The notes under the pieces: model-generated | What the model was told of the DNA's origin: nothing | Databases searched by the model: none | What the model saw: only the letters and a program-made list of their open reading frames with translations | Assembly: GCA_963817605.1 (NCBI GenBank) | Contig: CAWFOV010000007.1 | Location: 37,792 to 101,791 of the forward strand | DNA: 64,000 nt | Source: an uncultured Solirubrobacterales bacterium | GTDB taxonomy: Bacteria > Actinomycetota > Thermoleophilia > Solirubrobacterales > Solirubrobacteraceae | Direction of reading: 5' to 3' | Translations under genes and position numbers: made by a program | Shown: positions 41,745 through 52,086 of the stretch, in pieces | Position numbering within the stretch: position 1 is the stretch's first letter | Layout of the letters: the number at the start of each line of letters is the position of its first letter

Positions 41745-43247
41745 CTAGTGATCAGTCCTATGCTCTACGTCCCGAGACAGATCGAATCCCGGCAGTGGGC
41801 CGATGATCTCACTCAGTGGTTTGACCACGATCATGTCCTGCGCTTTCAACTCCTCGATCGTATCGAGGAGTCCTTTTTCTATGTGGGGCGTCTCGGCGTA
41901 GTACTGCGCCGCCTCTATTTGTCCTATTTGGACAGCGCGCATCAGACCACAGCAGATCGCAGTTCTTCTCTCCCTTTCCTTCGCTGTCAGCTCAACCTCT
42001 ACATCGATCGGCAACGGCGGCGGCTTTCCAGGCACGGAAGGCCCCCAGACCACGATGTCTGGGAAATGGGACCGGGTCTCAGCGGAACGGATATCCACGC
42101 TTCCCAGCCGGCGCCCCTGACTGCGCTCATCGCGGTGCAGCTCGCGGACCCCGATCACACGATGGCTCGGATAGCGGCGCTCCAAGGCAGCCACCACGCT
42201 GACACATGCGATCATGTGCCGGGCCGCCCCGATGCTGACACAAGCCCGGCCGAGTCTCTTGGGATAGGTGTAACCGCCGGCGCCAGCGTGCTTGGAGGCC
42301 AACCTCCGGCCGGCGGTTGTCGGCCTGTACAGCGCGGAATAGCCGACCAGCACCGAGTGCCTCTCCATGAATCCCAAGCTGACGGCTTCATCCAGACACT
42401 TCTGGGCCATGGCGGTACTCAACCCATCCCGCTCGGCCAATGCCTCAGCGGTTATTGCACCCAGCGCGGTAGCCCAGGCGAGCGATCGGGCTCGCTGGAT
42501 GATTTCTCGAGGGACATGGACTTTGCAGTCAGGGCCCGAGGCGGCTCCTGCCGACGCGGGTGTCCGGGCTCGCTGGATGATCTTTCGAGGGACATGGACT
42601 TTGCGCTCAGAGCCCGAGGCGGCTCCTTTGGCCCCAACCGGCGAGCGGCTCAGCTGTCCTGCCGAGGCGAGCGCGGCCCCGGCAGAGGTGAAGTTGAGCT
42701 TTACAGTGACGCGACCGTAAGGCTCGGAGCTGGCGTCCGCTTCGACGCTCAGCACATCTCCCCATGCCTTGGCAACGGTGAGAATGGTCGCATCGAGGTC
42801 GTGCTGCTCTTGTTTCTTCGCACTCCTGCGGACATGAGCTTCAAGAGCTCCCGCCGGCCATCCCTCCGCGACCACCGTACGAGCCAGCGCTCCACGTACC
42901 TCGAGATCCTTTACTGTCAGGAGGGTCAGTGCCTTGTGCATGCACAGCTCGCCACGTTCCAAGAACCCAAGGATCTCCTCGGACAGGTTTAGCAGGCGCA
43001 TCTTGTGTGACACCGCGCTCTGGGTGCACCCCATGCGCTCCGCCATCTCCCTCTGGGTCAGACCCAGCTCCTTCATCAGCGTCGCGCAGGCGCGTGCCTC
43101 CTCTACGGGGTTGAGCTTTGGGCCCGCCCTGCTCTCGAGCAGCGTCGCCTCGAGCGCCGCGAAATCCTCGGGCGCCGGTGGCAACGCCTGTGGGGCCTGG
43201 CTGGCACCATGCTGAGGCTCACTAAGTACCGGTCGTGTTGAATACAT
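41745..43247 (-). CDS. Fusion of ParB HTH/C-terminal domains to a replication-relaxation-like PD-(D/E)XK domain
   Basis: LNPVEEARACATLMKELGLTQREMAERMG...; HFPDIVVW...IDVEVELTAK; internal 78-bp duplication at 42487-42627. Confidence 0.75.
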   Translation of the reverse strand: MYSTRPVLSEPQHGASQAPQALPPAPEDFAALEATLLESRAGPKLNPVEEARACATLMKELGLTQREMAERMGCTQSAVSHKMRLLNLSEEILGFLERGELCMHKALTLLTVKDLEVRGALARTVVAEGWPAGALEAHVRRSAKKQEQHDLDATILTVAKAWGDVLSVEADASSEPYGRVTVKLNFTSAGAALASAGQLSRSPVGAKGAASGSERKVHVPRKIIQRARTPASAGAASGPDCKVHVPREIIQRARSLAWATALGAITAEALAERDGLSTAMAQKCLDEAVSLGFMERHSVLVGYSALYRPTTAGRRLASKHAGAGGYTYPKRLGRACVSIGAARHMIACVSVVAALERRYPSHRVIGVRELHRDERSQGRRLGSVDIRSAETRSHFPDIVVWGPSVPGKPPPLPIDVEVELTAKERERRTAICCGLMRAVQIGQIEAAQYYAETPHIEKGLLDTIEELKAQDMIVVKPLSEIIGPLPGFDLSRDVEHRTDH

Positions 43248-43352
43248 GCTTGCTCCTTTGACTGATTGACCGCCTTATTGGTTGGGCTAAGAACGACAAA
43301 GAGGCCCCGCCGCCCGAAGGTGACGAGGCCTCTGTTGCCTGTCTTTTATGTG

Positions 43353-44150
43353 CTACTGGTGCTGGTGATCCTCTTCGTCCCGCCACGGGGAGAGCTCAAA
43401 GCCCGGCAGCGGGCCAACGATCTCGCTGAGGGGATTGACGATGATCATCTCCCCAACCTTCAGCTCATCGATCGTGTCGAGCAGCCTTTCTTCCAGCTTC
43501 CTTTTCTCGGCGTAGTACAGCGCCGCCTCTATTTGTCCTATTTGGACACCGTGAGCCAGACCACGGCAGATCGCAGTCAGCTCCTCCTTGGACTTCAGGG
43601 TGAGCTCGACCTCGACCCCGACCGGAGGCGGCTCTGGCTCTCCAGGCACACCCGGTGGCCAGATAACCGCGTCGGGGTAGTGGGATCTTTTCTGGTTGTA
43701 CCGCCGGACCTCCACGCTGGCCAGCCGGCGTTTCTGCTCGCTTTCATCGCGATGCAGCTCGCGCTCTCCGATCACGCGGTGACCGCGGTAGCGGCGTTCC
43801 AAGGCAGCCACCACGCTCACGCAGGCGATCGTGTGCCGCGCATCCTTGATGGTGACACGAGCCACACGAAGCCCCTGCGGATAGGCGTAGGAGCCGGCCG
43901 CTGCGTGCTTACGGGCCAACCTCCGGCCGGTGTTTGTTGGGGTGTAGATGTCGGAATAGCCAACCAGCACCGAATGCTTCTCCAGGAGGCCAAGATCGAC
44001 GGCTTCATCCAGACCCTCCCGGGCGGCGTCGATGCTCAGCTCGCTGCGCTCGGCTGAGGCCTCAGCGGTGATCGCACCCAGCGCCGTGGTCCAGGCGATC
44101 ATCCCTGCTCGCTGGAGGACCTGTTGGGAGACATACTTTGCAGTAGCCAT
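43353..44150 (-). CDS. Replication-relaxation-like protein (wHTH plus PD-(D/E)XK), putative relaxase
   Basis: ARHTIAC...HYPDAVIW...VGVEVELTLKS; adjacent to a coupling protein; paralogous to the C-half of 41745..43247. Confidence 0.6.
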   Translation of the reverse strand: MATAKYVSQQVLQRAGMIAWTTALGAITAEASAERSELSIDAAREGLDEAVDLGLLEKHSVLVGYSDIYTPTNTGRRLARKHAAAGSYAYPQGLRVARVTIKDARHTIACVSVVAALERRYRGHRVIGERELHRDESEQKRRLASVEVRRYNQKRSHYPDAVIWPPGVPGEPEPPPVGVEVELTLKSKEELTAICRGLAHGVQIGQIEAALYYAEKRKLEERLLDTIDELKVGEMIIVNPLSEIVGPLPGFELSPWRDEEDHQHQ

Positions 44151-44254
44151 TGAGATGGCTCCTTCCTTTTGACTTAGAAGTGAGAGCCCGGCGGGCTCGG
44201 AGTAAGTGGGCGCGGCCCACAGCCGTGAGATGACTGCGGGCCGCGCCTTGCCGC

Positions 44255-45861
44255 CTACCGATTCACTCGGAAGATCCGTGCGATACACACGAGGCGTTTG
44301 CCTGTGAGGACGATCACGGCGGCCCAGCCCTGAGGCTGGTTTTTCATGTCGTCGGGGTGGATCGTGTACTCACGTCCTCGTGAGCGCGTGTCCCCGCCGT
44401 CGCTACGCTTGGCCGTACTCCATGCGCCTTGAGTGCCCGCGACGTCGGCAATCATGGTGGCTGAGTCGGGGACCACCTGGCGGTGGGCGATCAGGGTCGT
44501 CAGGTTGCCCATCACCTGCTCGAGCAACAGCTCCCGTCCCGGCACGCGCAGGTCCGAGAGCTCCTGGGTGCCCAGCACCAGGCTCATGCCCGCCCCACGC
44601 GCGCGCCCAAACAAGCGCGCGACCTGCTCAGCGGCCAGCGCCGAGAACTCGTCGATCACCACGAGGGTGGGGATCGGCCGGCCTTGCAGCGCCGCTACGG
44701 TCGCCTGCAAGTCCTGGACGATTGCGGCGCCGAGCATGTGCGCGAGCAGTGGCCGGCGATCAGACTCCAGGCTGAAGAACACCACTGCTCGCTGCTGCAC
44801 CATCTGGAGCAGGTCAAAGGGCTCATCCTCGGGGTTCGTGGATCCAGCCAGACCCAACGTCTGACTCGGCCATGATCGCGAGCCGGTCCCGAACACCCGA
44901 CAGGTCGTCTGCTGACGGGGGGTCAGCGAATCCAGATAGGCGTGTGTCTTCTGCGCCTCAACTCCGGGCAGGCTTCTCGCCAGCGACTCGAGCTCCTGCG
45001 GATCCAGCGGTGCACGAGCTGGCCGAGGCTGATCTCAATGCCTGCCTGGCGCAGAACACGCACAACATGACCCAGGTAACGCTGCGCCTGGCGCAGGTAA
45101 TGCGGCTCGGTGAAGCGCTCGCCGGCCAGCAGCTTGTCAACGATTTCCGTCTCGCTACCACGGCCGAAGGGGTTCCACACGACGGATCCCTCCGGTGTCC
45201 AATGGACAAACGGCCGTCCCACACGTTCGGCGGCACTACGAGCCTCCTTCAACATGCTGGGATCGCCCTTGGGGTCCATCAGGATTGCGCCCATGCCATG
45301 CTCGATGGCATGCACTGCGATCAGGGTCTGGGTGACCGTCTTACCCGAGCCGGCAGCACCGACCACAAGCGTGTGCGTGCCTCCGGTAGGACCGCCGAGC
45401 GGGATCCGGACCAGATGCCCGTCCGGCTCTTCGCCGATCAGCAGCTCGTTTCCCTGAAACCACGATGCTTCACGGCTAGACATACGCCGCAGAGTGATTC
45501 TGGTGGAAAGAGCCCGCACAGCATCCAGCGGCCCTTGGAAACTGCGGGCGATCTGCGCCAGATCACCACCCGCATCGATGTCCTCACGCCGCCAGCGCCG
45601 GCCGCGAAACGCGGCCACCAGAGCAGCGACGCCGATCGTCAGGTCGAGACCGCCAAACAGCGGGCGGGCAAGCAGCACCACGACGAACGCCACGGCCGCC
45701 CAGGTCCAGTTCAGCTGCTGCGAGCGCATCAACCGCGCCACGCCCCAGCCCAAGAGGACACCGAGCGCCACATGCAACGTTGTGCTCATCAGCCACGAGA
45801 CCCCGTGGGCGAAGAGCGTGAATGGATTTTGTTGTTCGGATTCGGGGTAATTCGGGGACAT
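44255..45861 (-). CDS. VirD4/TraD-like type IV coupling protein (frameshifts at about 44880-45010)
   Basis: N-terminal TMs, HTLVVGAAGSGKT, MDPKGD, WNPF, VIDEFS, RARGAGMSLVLGTQELSDL. Confidence 0.85.
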
Positions 45862-45983
45862 GGAGTCCCTCCTTTTCTGTATATGGCGGCCGCTTCTCAG
45901 CGGCCCTTAACGTGAAAACGGCGAGCCGATGGCCCGCCGTCGTGATGAGTGCTTCACGCGCGCCCCACGGGGCGCGCGCAGGT

Positions 45984-46655
45984 CTATCCCGGTAAATCCC
46001 GAGTGACCGCCTCGCTCAGCCGTCTGGCGATGGCGATCGCCGCCTCGGCAGAGGTGAATAGGACCTCCAGGCGAGCGCGCCCGCGAGACATGGTGCGGAC
46101 ATGTGCCTCGACGCCCAGCACATTGCCCCATGCTTCGGCAGCGGTTTGGATCGCAGCGCCGGGATCTTGCCCGTCCTCTTGACCGTCCGGCCGTGGGGCA
46201 GGCGCATCTTTGGAAACAGGCGCAGCGCCGGTGCTTTCACGGGCACGAGTCTGGAGTGCCCGTGTCAACCATTCCTCCTCGATCGCCTTATATGCCAGCT
46301 CCCGGCGGGTCTCGGGGTCCTTTACCATCAGCAATGCCCGCCCGTGGCCCTCGCCCAGCTTGCCCCGCTCCACGAGCTCGAGGAGCTCATCGGATAGCTG
46401 TAGCAGGCGCACCAGGTGTGACACCTTGGTTTGGTGGCAGCCCAGGCGATCTCCGATCTGCTGCTGGCTCAGACCGAACTCCTTCATCAGCGTCGCGCAG
46501 GCGCGCGCCCGCTCTACGACGTTGAGCTTCCCGCTCCCTATCTTCTCGAGCAGCTCCACTTCGAGCGCCGAAAAATCGCGGAGCGCAGATGGCCACGCCA
46601 GCTCTTGGTTGGCGCCACGCTTGCCGTCATCGAATGTTGGTTGTGTTCCTGACAT
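45984..46655 (-). CDS. ParB derivative lacking the N-terminal CTPase domain
   Basis: LNVVERARACATLMKEFGLSQQQIGDRLG...LGEGHGRALL; no GERR motif. Confidence 0.75.
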   Translation of the reverse strand: MSGTQPTFDDGKRGANQELAWPSALRDFSALEVELLEKIGSGKLNVVERARACATLMKEFGLSQQQIGDRLGCHQTKVSHLVRLLQLSDELLELVERGKLGEGHGRALLMVKDPETRRELAYKAIEEEWLTRALQTRARESTGAAPVSKDAPAPRPDGQEDGQDPGAAIQTAAEAWGNVLGVEAHVRTMSRGRARLEVLFTSAEAAIAIARRLSEAVTRDLPG

Positions 46656-46766
46656 CTTTCCTCCTTTTGATTGATTGGGCTGGCGGATCACGCCAGCTGG
46701 TAAACGTCAAACGGCGGGCCATGTGGCCCGCCGTTTTGATGAACACCGATGATGCGCCGCCGTGAG

Positions 46767-47390
46767 CTATTTGCTCAGCCGCATGGCTGAGGCGAGCGCC
46801 GCCTCAGGGGAGTTGAAGTCAACTTCCAGGCGTGTCTGCCCGTTAGTCCTTAGGCGAACCTGTATTTCGACACCCAGCACCTCGCCCCACTCCCTCGCAA
46901 CGGCGAGCGTGGACTCTTCCCGGCGGGCAGGCGCATCCTCGCCGGGGGCAGCTGACTCGTCGTTGTTGCTTTCACGAGCGCGAGCTTGCAGTGTGCCCAC
47001 GTTCCATCCCCCGGTGGCCGCTTGACGAGCCAGTTCCTCGCGCACCTTTGGATCGGTTACCTTGAGCAATGCCAGTGCGTGGTTTATGCCTAACTCGCGC
47101 CGCTCCACGTACTCGAGGATCTCCCCTGAGAGCTTGAGCAGGCTCATCAGATTTGCCACTAAGCCGAAGCTGCATCCCAGGCGATCCGCGAGGAGCCGAT
47201 AGGTCAGGCCGAGCTCGTTTATCAGCGTGGCGCAGGCCCGTGCCTCCTCGACACGGCTGAGGTTGTGAAACCTCATGTTCTCGATCAGCGCCGCTTCGAG
47301 CGGGGCGGGATCGAAGCGCCGGCGGGGTGTTGCGGGATCTGACTGGACAATCCCGGCCGGCGGTTGGGGAAACTCCTGTATTGCGGGCAT
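46767..47390 (-). CDS. ParB derivative with internal deletion of the CTPase core
   Basis: PRRRFDPAPL directly followed by EAALIENM...LSRVEEARAC. Confidence 0.75.
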   Translation of the reverse strand: MPAIQEFPQPPAGIVQSDPATPRRRFDPAPLEAALIENMRFHNLSRVEEARACATLINELGLTYRLLADRLGCSFGLVANLMSLLKLSGEILEYVERRELGINHALALLKVTDPKVREELARQAATGGWNVGTLQARARESNNDESAAPGEDAPARREESTLAVAREWGEVLGVEIQVRLRTNGQTRLEVDFNSPEAALASAMRLSK

Positions 47391-47496
47391 GCTTGCTCCC
47401 TTGATTGATGGACTGGCGGATCACGCCAGCTGGTAAACGTCAAAACGGCGGGCCATATGGCCCGCCGTTTTTGATCGCCGGTGATGCGCGCATGAG

Positions 47497-48398
47497 CTAT
47501 TTGCCCTTCGAGCCGCGAGAGGCCGCCTCGCTCAGCCGGGTGGCCGTGGTGAGCGCCGCGTCAGTGGAGTGGAACAAGATCTCCACACGTACGCGCTGGA
47601 AGACGGTCTTTACGTCCACCTCCGCGCCCGCCAGATCGCCCCAAGCTTTGGCGATCAAGGTGACCGCGTCGTCCTCGTCCATCCGCTCCTGCTTGCCAGC
47701 GGGTTTATAGGCCGGCGCCGGGCCGGCGCAGGTCTTACACCCTTCGTGAGGCCTTCACCCTCACGAAGGGCGCTGGCCTCACGAGCACGAGCCTCGAGGG
47801 TCCGCACGCTCCATCCCTCCCTGACAGCGTCGTCGGCCAGCCGCCGGCGCACCTGTACATCCTTTGCCGTCAGCAACGCCCGCCCGTGGCCCTCGCTCAG
47901 CTCACCACGTTCCATCAGCTCGAGAATCTCCCCGGAGAGGTCCAGCAGGCGCAGCAGGTTCGACACCGCAACGCGGCCACGTCCCACGCGCTGACCGACC
48001 TGCTCGAGCGTCAGGCCAAGCTCCTGCACCAGCGTGGCACAGGCCTGTGCCTCCTCGACGGGATTGAGGTCCTCCCGTGCCATGTTCTCGATCAGCGCCG
48101 TCTCGAGCGCCGCGGCATCGTCACACGGAGACACCAGCGCGGGGATGCTCTGAAGGCCCGCGCGGGCAGCGGCACGCCAGCGCCGCTCGCCGGCAATCAG
48201 CTCGTGCTTGCCGTCCGGCCCGGGACGCACGAGCACGGGCTGCAGAACACCGCGCTCGCGCAGTGAGCCAGCCAGCTCCTGTAGCGCCGCCTCATCGAAG
48301 TGCCGCCGCGGTTGTGAGGGGTTGGGCACGATCTCCTCGAGCGCCAGCTCTCGCAGCTCCTGTACGGCTTGACCGGATGTCGATGATCCTTTGAACAT
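47497..48398 (-). CDS. parB: ParB/Spo0J partition protein (frameshift near 47690)
   Basis: PNPSQPRRHFDE, GVLQPVLVR, ELIAGERRWRAA, ALIENMAREDLNPVEEA, SEGHGRALL. Confidence 0.9.
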
Positions 48399-48522
48399 GC
48401 TTCGTTCCCTTCATTTGGGCCGGCACATTCGCCGGCGGGTTTGAACGTCAAAACGGCGGGCCATTGGCCCGCCTTGGTGCAGCGCGGCTCGCGACCGGCG
48501 AGCCGAAAGATTTAGAGATGCT

Positions 48523-48964
48523 TCAGCCGAGCTCGACTTCGCGGGGGCTGATCCTCAGACCCTCGCGAGCGATCAGCCCGAGCACATCGCTGTGGACCCA
48601 GGGTGTCGGCCTGCTCTCGCTCAGCCGGGTGGCCGTGCTGAGCGCCGCGTCAGTGGAATGGAACAAGATCTCCACACGTACGCGCTGGAAGAGGGTGTTT
48701 ACGTCTACCTCCGCGCCCGCGAGCCATGGTGCGGACGTGCACCTCGACGCCCAGCACATCGCCCCATGCTTCGGCAACGGTTCGGATCGCAGCGCCGGGG
48801 TCTTGACCGTCTCGCCGTGGGGCGGGCGCATCTTTGGTGACAGGCGCAGCGCCGGTGCTCTCACGGGCACGAGTCTGGAGTCCCCGTGTCAACCATCCCT
48901 CCTCGATCGCCTTATAAGCCAGCTCCTGTGTGACGTGACCGGATGTTGATGGTGCTTTGGACAT
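48523..48964 (-). pseudogene. Mosaic ParB remnant
   Basis: 5' end resembles the parB start, the middle is near-identical to about 46085-46300, and the 3' part is near-identical to about 47528-47630. Confidence 0.7.
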
Positions 48965-49538
48965 GCTTGCTCCTTGCTTGATCGATGGATGGATGAACAA
49001 AAAAAGACGGCAGCCAGATGGCCACCGTCTTCGATGAAGCGCGGGTCTCAAACAGACGAGCCGCAAGATTTAGACGCGCTTCAGCCCAGCTTCGATGCCT
49101 GCTTTATGGGTTCTTGCGAACACCTTTCTGAGAAGCAAATGCACATGAGGAAACAGCGACCGTCATGTGCGGTGAGGGTCTACTTCGGTGCTCGTGTGCA
49201 ACGAGCTGTGAGGGTCGGCAGGGGCCGAATGGCTCAAGGAAGCAAAATAGAAGAAGCATCGAGAGTAGCGCCCGACTGCCATCCGTCAAGTCACGGCGTC
49301 CCAAAACATGGATGCTCGCCCCACCGGCCCTGCCGATGACAGCGCAGTTCGCCTCTCTAGAGCCGAATTGCAGCGCTCTAGTGTGCAGTTACCCGGCCTT
49401 TTCGCCCGCAGGCAACTGCACGTATCAGGCCTATCTAAGGGGAGGTAACTGCATTCTGCCGGCGGGCAACGGCAGGCTTTCCAAGGCAAATGCATGGGCG
49501 TTTTCCTGCCATCTCTCTCCCGGCACGAGGCCTGGCGG

Positions 49539-49949
49539 TCACGACGCCTGCGCCTCGCTCGCACTGGCCGTCTCCTCTGAGGAACGCCCGCCGCGATCGC
49601 TCACCCGGGGAATGCCGGAGCGTTCGAGCGAAGGCCTGCGCGGCGCGAACATCAGCCGGGCGACCTTGGGCGAGACCACCCGCGCACGCGCGGGCTCATG
49701 TCTCACCGGAAGGCGAAGGACATTTTTCGCCACCGGCTCGGGGTCGGGCGCTGCCGGCTCGGCGGGCTGAGGATCGGGTGCCGCAGGGGCGGGATCAAGC
49801 ACCACGGGACTGGGTCCGGGCGCCGTGGAGCTGTCCTCCAGCGCTCGCAGATCGGCCTGCAGCCGATCGCGCTCCTCCACCGCGCCACGCAACTCCGCCA
49901 TGCGCTCCTGCAGCTGTCGCTGGATTCTTGTCAAGAGATCTTCTGCCAT
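49539..49949 (-). CDS. Hypothetical coiled-coil protein
   Basis: RBS AAAGGCAG; N-terminal heptads. Confidence 0.55.
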   Translation of the reverse strand: MAEDLLTRIQRQLQERMAELRGAVEERDRLQADLRALEDSSTAPGPSPVVLDPAPAAPDPQPAEPAAPDPEPVAKNVLRLPVRHEPARARVVSPKVARLMFAPRRPSLERSGIPRVSDRGGRSSEETASASEAQAS

Positions 49950-50116
49950 CGGACTGCCTTTCTCTTCTCGCGGGTGTCCTACACAACGCGACGCACGGTA
50001 GGCCGCGCTTGAGACGGCAGGCGATGGCGAGAGATTCCGGACAGCTAGCTCCGCGCGACGGCAGGCCCGTTTTGGGCTTTGAACAATCTCGGCATTTCAA
50101 AAACTCCCAGCCTGAC

Positions 50117-51784
50117 TCACCGCTCGTGCACGGTGACGATGTTCGACGCCCCTTCTAAAAAGGGAAAGTCCGCCTCGTGGGGACAGACCACGCGGAAGCG
50201 ATAGGTAACCGGACCGGGAAACTTGAAACGGTAGGACGCGCGATAGCGCCCCTTGGCATTTGTGTGGATGGTGTTGAACTGGATCCATTCACGCCCCGCC
50301 CGGGCCTCCAGCACCAATTGCTTGCCGCCTTCGGGGACCGGCACCCCGTGCAAGGAGCCGCTGAAGAAGATCCTCCTCCCGACGCTCGCGCTGTGCGGCG
50401 CAACGCTTAGGAGGATTCCCGCGCGCACACCCAGCTCGAGCGTCGCCGTTGCCGCGGCGACCGTGTCGTTGATGTGGCTGCGGTAAGCGAAGTGCAATAC
50501 ACATGAGGAGATATTCCGGGGCAACGTCAGGCTCCACTGGCCGGCTGGCCCGGTCAACACACTCGCGATCCGCCGCTCCCCGGCGCCGTGGTAAGCCGGG
50601 GTCGCAAACACATCGAGCGAGGCTCCTGAGACCGGCTCACCAGCGGTGTTCGTCAAATGCCCAATAACGCGGCCGGCTGCTCCATAGCGGCTCGTGAACG
50701 CCGCCTTGCTCGTATGTGACCAGCGGGCGCTGAGCCTGGCCTGATCAGAGGCGTTCGCGCCGTTCGCTGCACCACGCGTCGCAGTAGGACTGCCCGGGCC
50801 GATGGCGCCCGCATTGGCGATCGAGATCGTACCGTCGTAGAGGATCGCCGGGTTAGCAGCGGCATCCTGCACGGTGACCTCCAGCGTGTGCTGCCCGTTG
50901 GAGAACCTGGTCGTGTCAACGGGGACGTCTACCGCCACGCTGCGCTTGCACGGCTGGGCGCTGAGGAACTCGCTGACACCGCTCGGGTCGTTGCCGATGC
51001 TCGCGCATTTACCGCCGTTGGAATCGGGCGTGCCTTGATAGACCGCCGTGCCGTCAACCTCCACGATCACGCGGTACACGCCCGGCCCTTCAGGGTCCTG
51101 GGCGCTGAAAGTCAGACTTGCTTTTCCGCTCGCGGCGGGGGCAAGCAAAGAGCCGGCGAAGCCTGTCCCGGTGGGCGTCGAGCTGTTGGCGAGCTCGATG
51201 TCCGCGGCAGACAATCTGATCTCGGCGTTTACACCACCGCCCGAGCCTGCCGGGCAAGTGGTCGCTCCTTCCGTCGGTCCTACGCACTCGGCCACCATGA
51301 ACAACTGCGTGCCACCCGGATGGCTGATCCCCACCGTCTTGACGGCGCTCGAGCAGGGTAAGTTGAACTGGCAGTTGACGAGCACGTCCGCTGCGGAATA
51401 TTCGTTCTTCGGCGTAGCCACATACGCCTGGCCCTGAGGCGTACTCAGCGAAACCGCCAGCGAACCGCCCGCAATCGTAGAACCGGCTGGGGCCGTATAC
51501 ACCCACATCGGGCCTGTATAGGCCGCCTCTTGCGCTGCTGAGCTGTCAAACGCCGTGAGCGCGCCGCCCGGCTGGGCGCACGTATTGCTCGGGCCGCTGT
51601 CAGGCCCATACCCGCCGTAGGCCCCGCCCTGCCAGCCTTCGACCGGCGCCGGCTGACCGTTCGGCTGGGTACACGAGACCTGCGCCCACTCACCGGCGTT
51701 CGCGGCCGGAGCCCACCCGAGCCCGGCACCCACAAGCAGCCCCACCGCGAACATCCAAACGCTGCGCATCTCCTCCTCCTTCAT
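50117..51784 (-). CDS. Secreted protein with Ig-like domains
   Basis: Signal peptide, paired Cys, NGQHTLEVTVQDAAAN, C-terminal prealbumin-like domains. Confidence 0.8.
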   Translation of the reverse strand: MKEEEMRSVWMFAVGLLVGAGLGWAPAANAGEWAQVSCTQPNGQPAPVEGWQGGAYGGYGPDSGPSNTCAQPGGALTAFDSSAAQEAAYTGPMWVYTAPAGSTIAGGSLAVSLSTPQGQAYVATPKNEYSAADVLVNCQFNLPCSSAVKTVGISHPGGTQLFMVAECVGPTEGATTCPAGSGGGVNAEIRLSAADIELANSSTPTGTGFAGSLLAPAASGKASLTFSAQDPEGPGVYRVIVEVDGTAVYQGTPDSNGGKCASIGNDPSGVSEFLSAQPCKRSVAVDVPVDTTRFSNGQHTLEVTVQDAAANPAILYDGTISIANAGAIGPGSPTATRGAANGANASDQARLSARWSHTSKAAFTSRYGAAGRVIGHLTNTAGEPVSGASLDVFATPAYHGAGERRIASVLTGPAGQWSLTLPRNISSCVLHFAYRSHINDTVAAATATLELGVRAGILLSVAPHSASVGRRIFFSGSLHGVPVPEGGKQLVLEARAGREWIQFNTIHTNAKGRYRASYRFKFPGPVTYRFRVVCPHEADFPFLEGASNIVTVHER

Positions 51785-52086
51785 GAACTCCTACCCGCGC
51801 GCCCATCTCTTATACCGACCATTCCTGCCATGCGGGACAGTCATCTTCGGTTTTGGCCCAGCTCCTTGTGCGCGGTCCGGCCGGCAGTCGCTGGACGCTG
51901 GGAGCGAGCGAACTGTCCCAAGCCGTGCCTAGCGTCTGCGCCCGTGGACATTTGTTTGAGATCCGCTGTGGCTGTAAAGCGCAGATCCGTCCGGGCCGAG
52001 GGGTCCTTAGGCGCGCGCGCGAAGCAGCCATCGGTGAGCTGCCCGCCTAGCCGTGATCTTCTGCCAGCACACCCAAAGCGAGGCCC

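Larger units (their letters stand above)
40891..43332 (-). repeat. Hairpin family A, four copies (40891-40930, 41513-41550, 41677-41715, 43292-43332), terminator-like
   Basis: Minus-strand aggcctcgtcacct-loop-ggyggcggggc followed by a pyrimidine tract ending tcgtt. Confidence 0.8.
45909..49032 (-). repeat. Hairpin family B, five copies (45909-45940, 46667-46740, 47401-47475, 48444-48473, 48996-49032)
   Basis: acggcgggcca-N-tggcccgccgtttt-gacgtt; the copies at 46667 and 47401 are near-identical over about 75 bp. Confidence 0.8.

Noticed and set aside
40891-49032. CRISPR array from the recurring hairpins
   Set aside because: The copies are separated mostly by whole genes rather than 30-40-bp spacers, and no cas genes are present.
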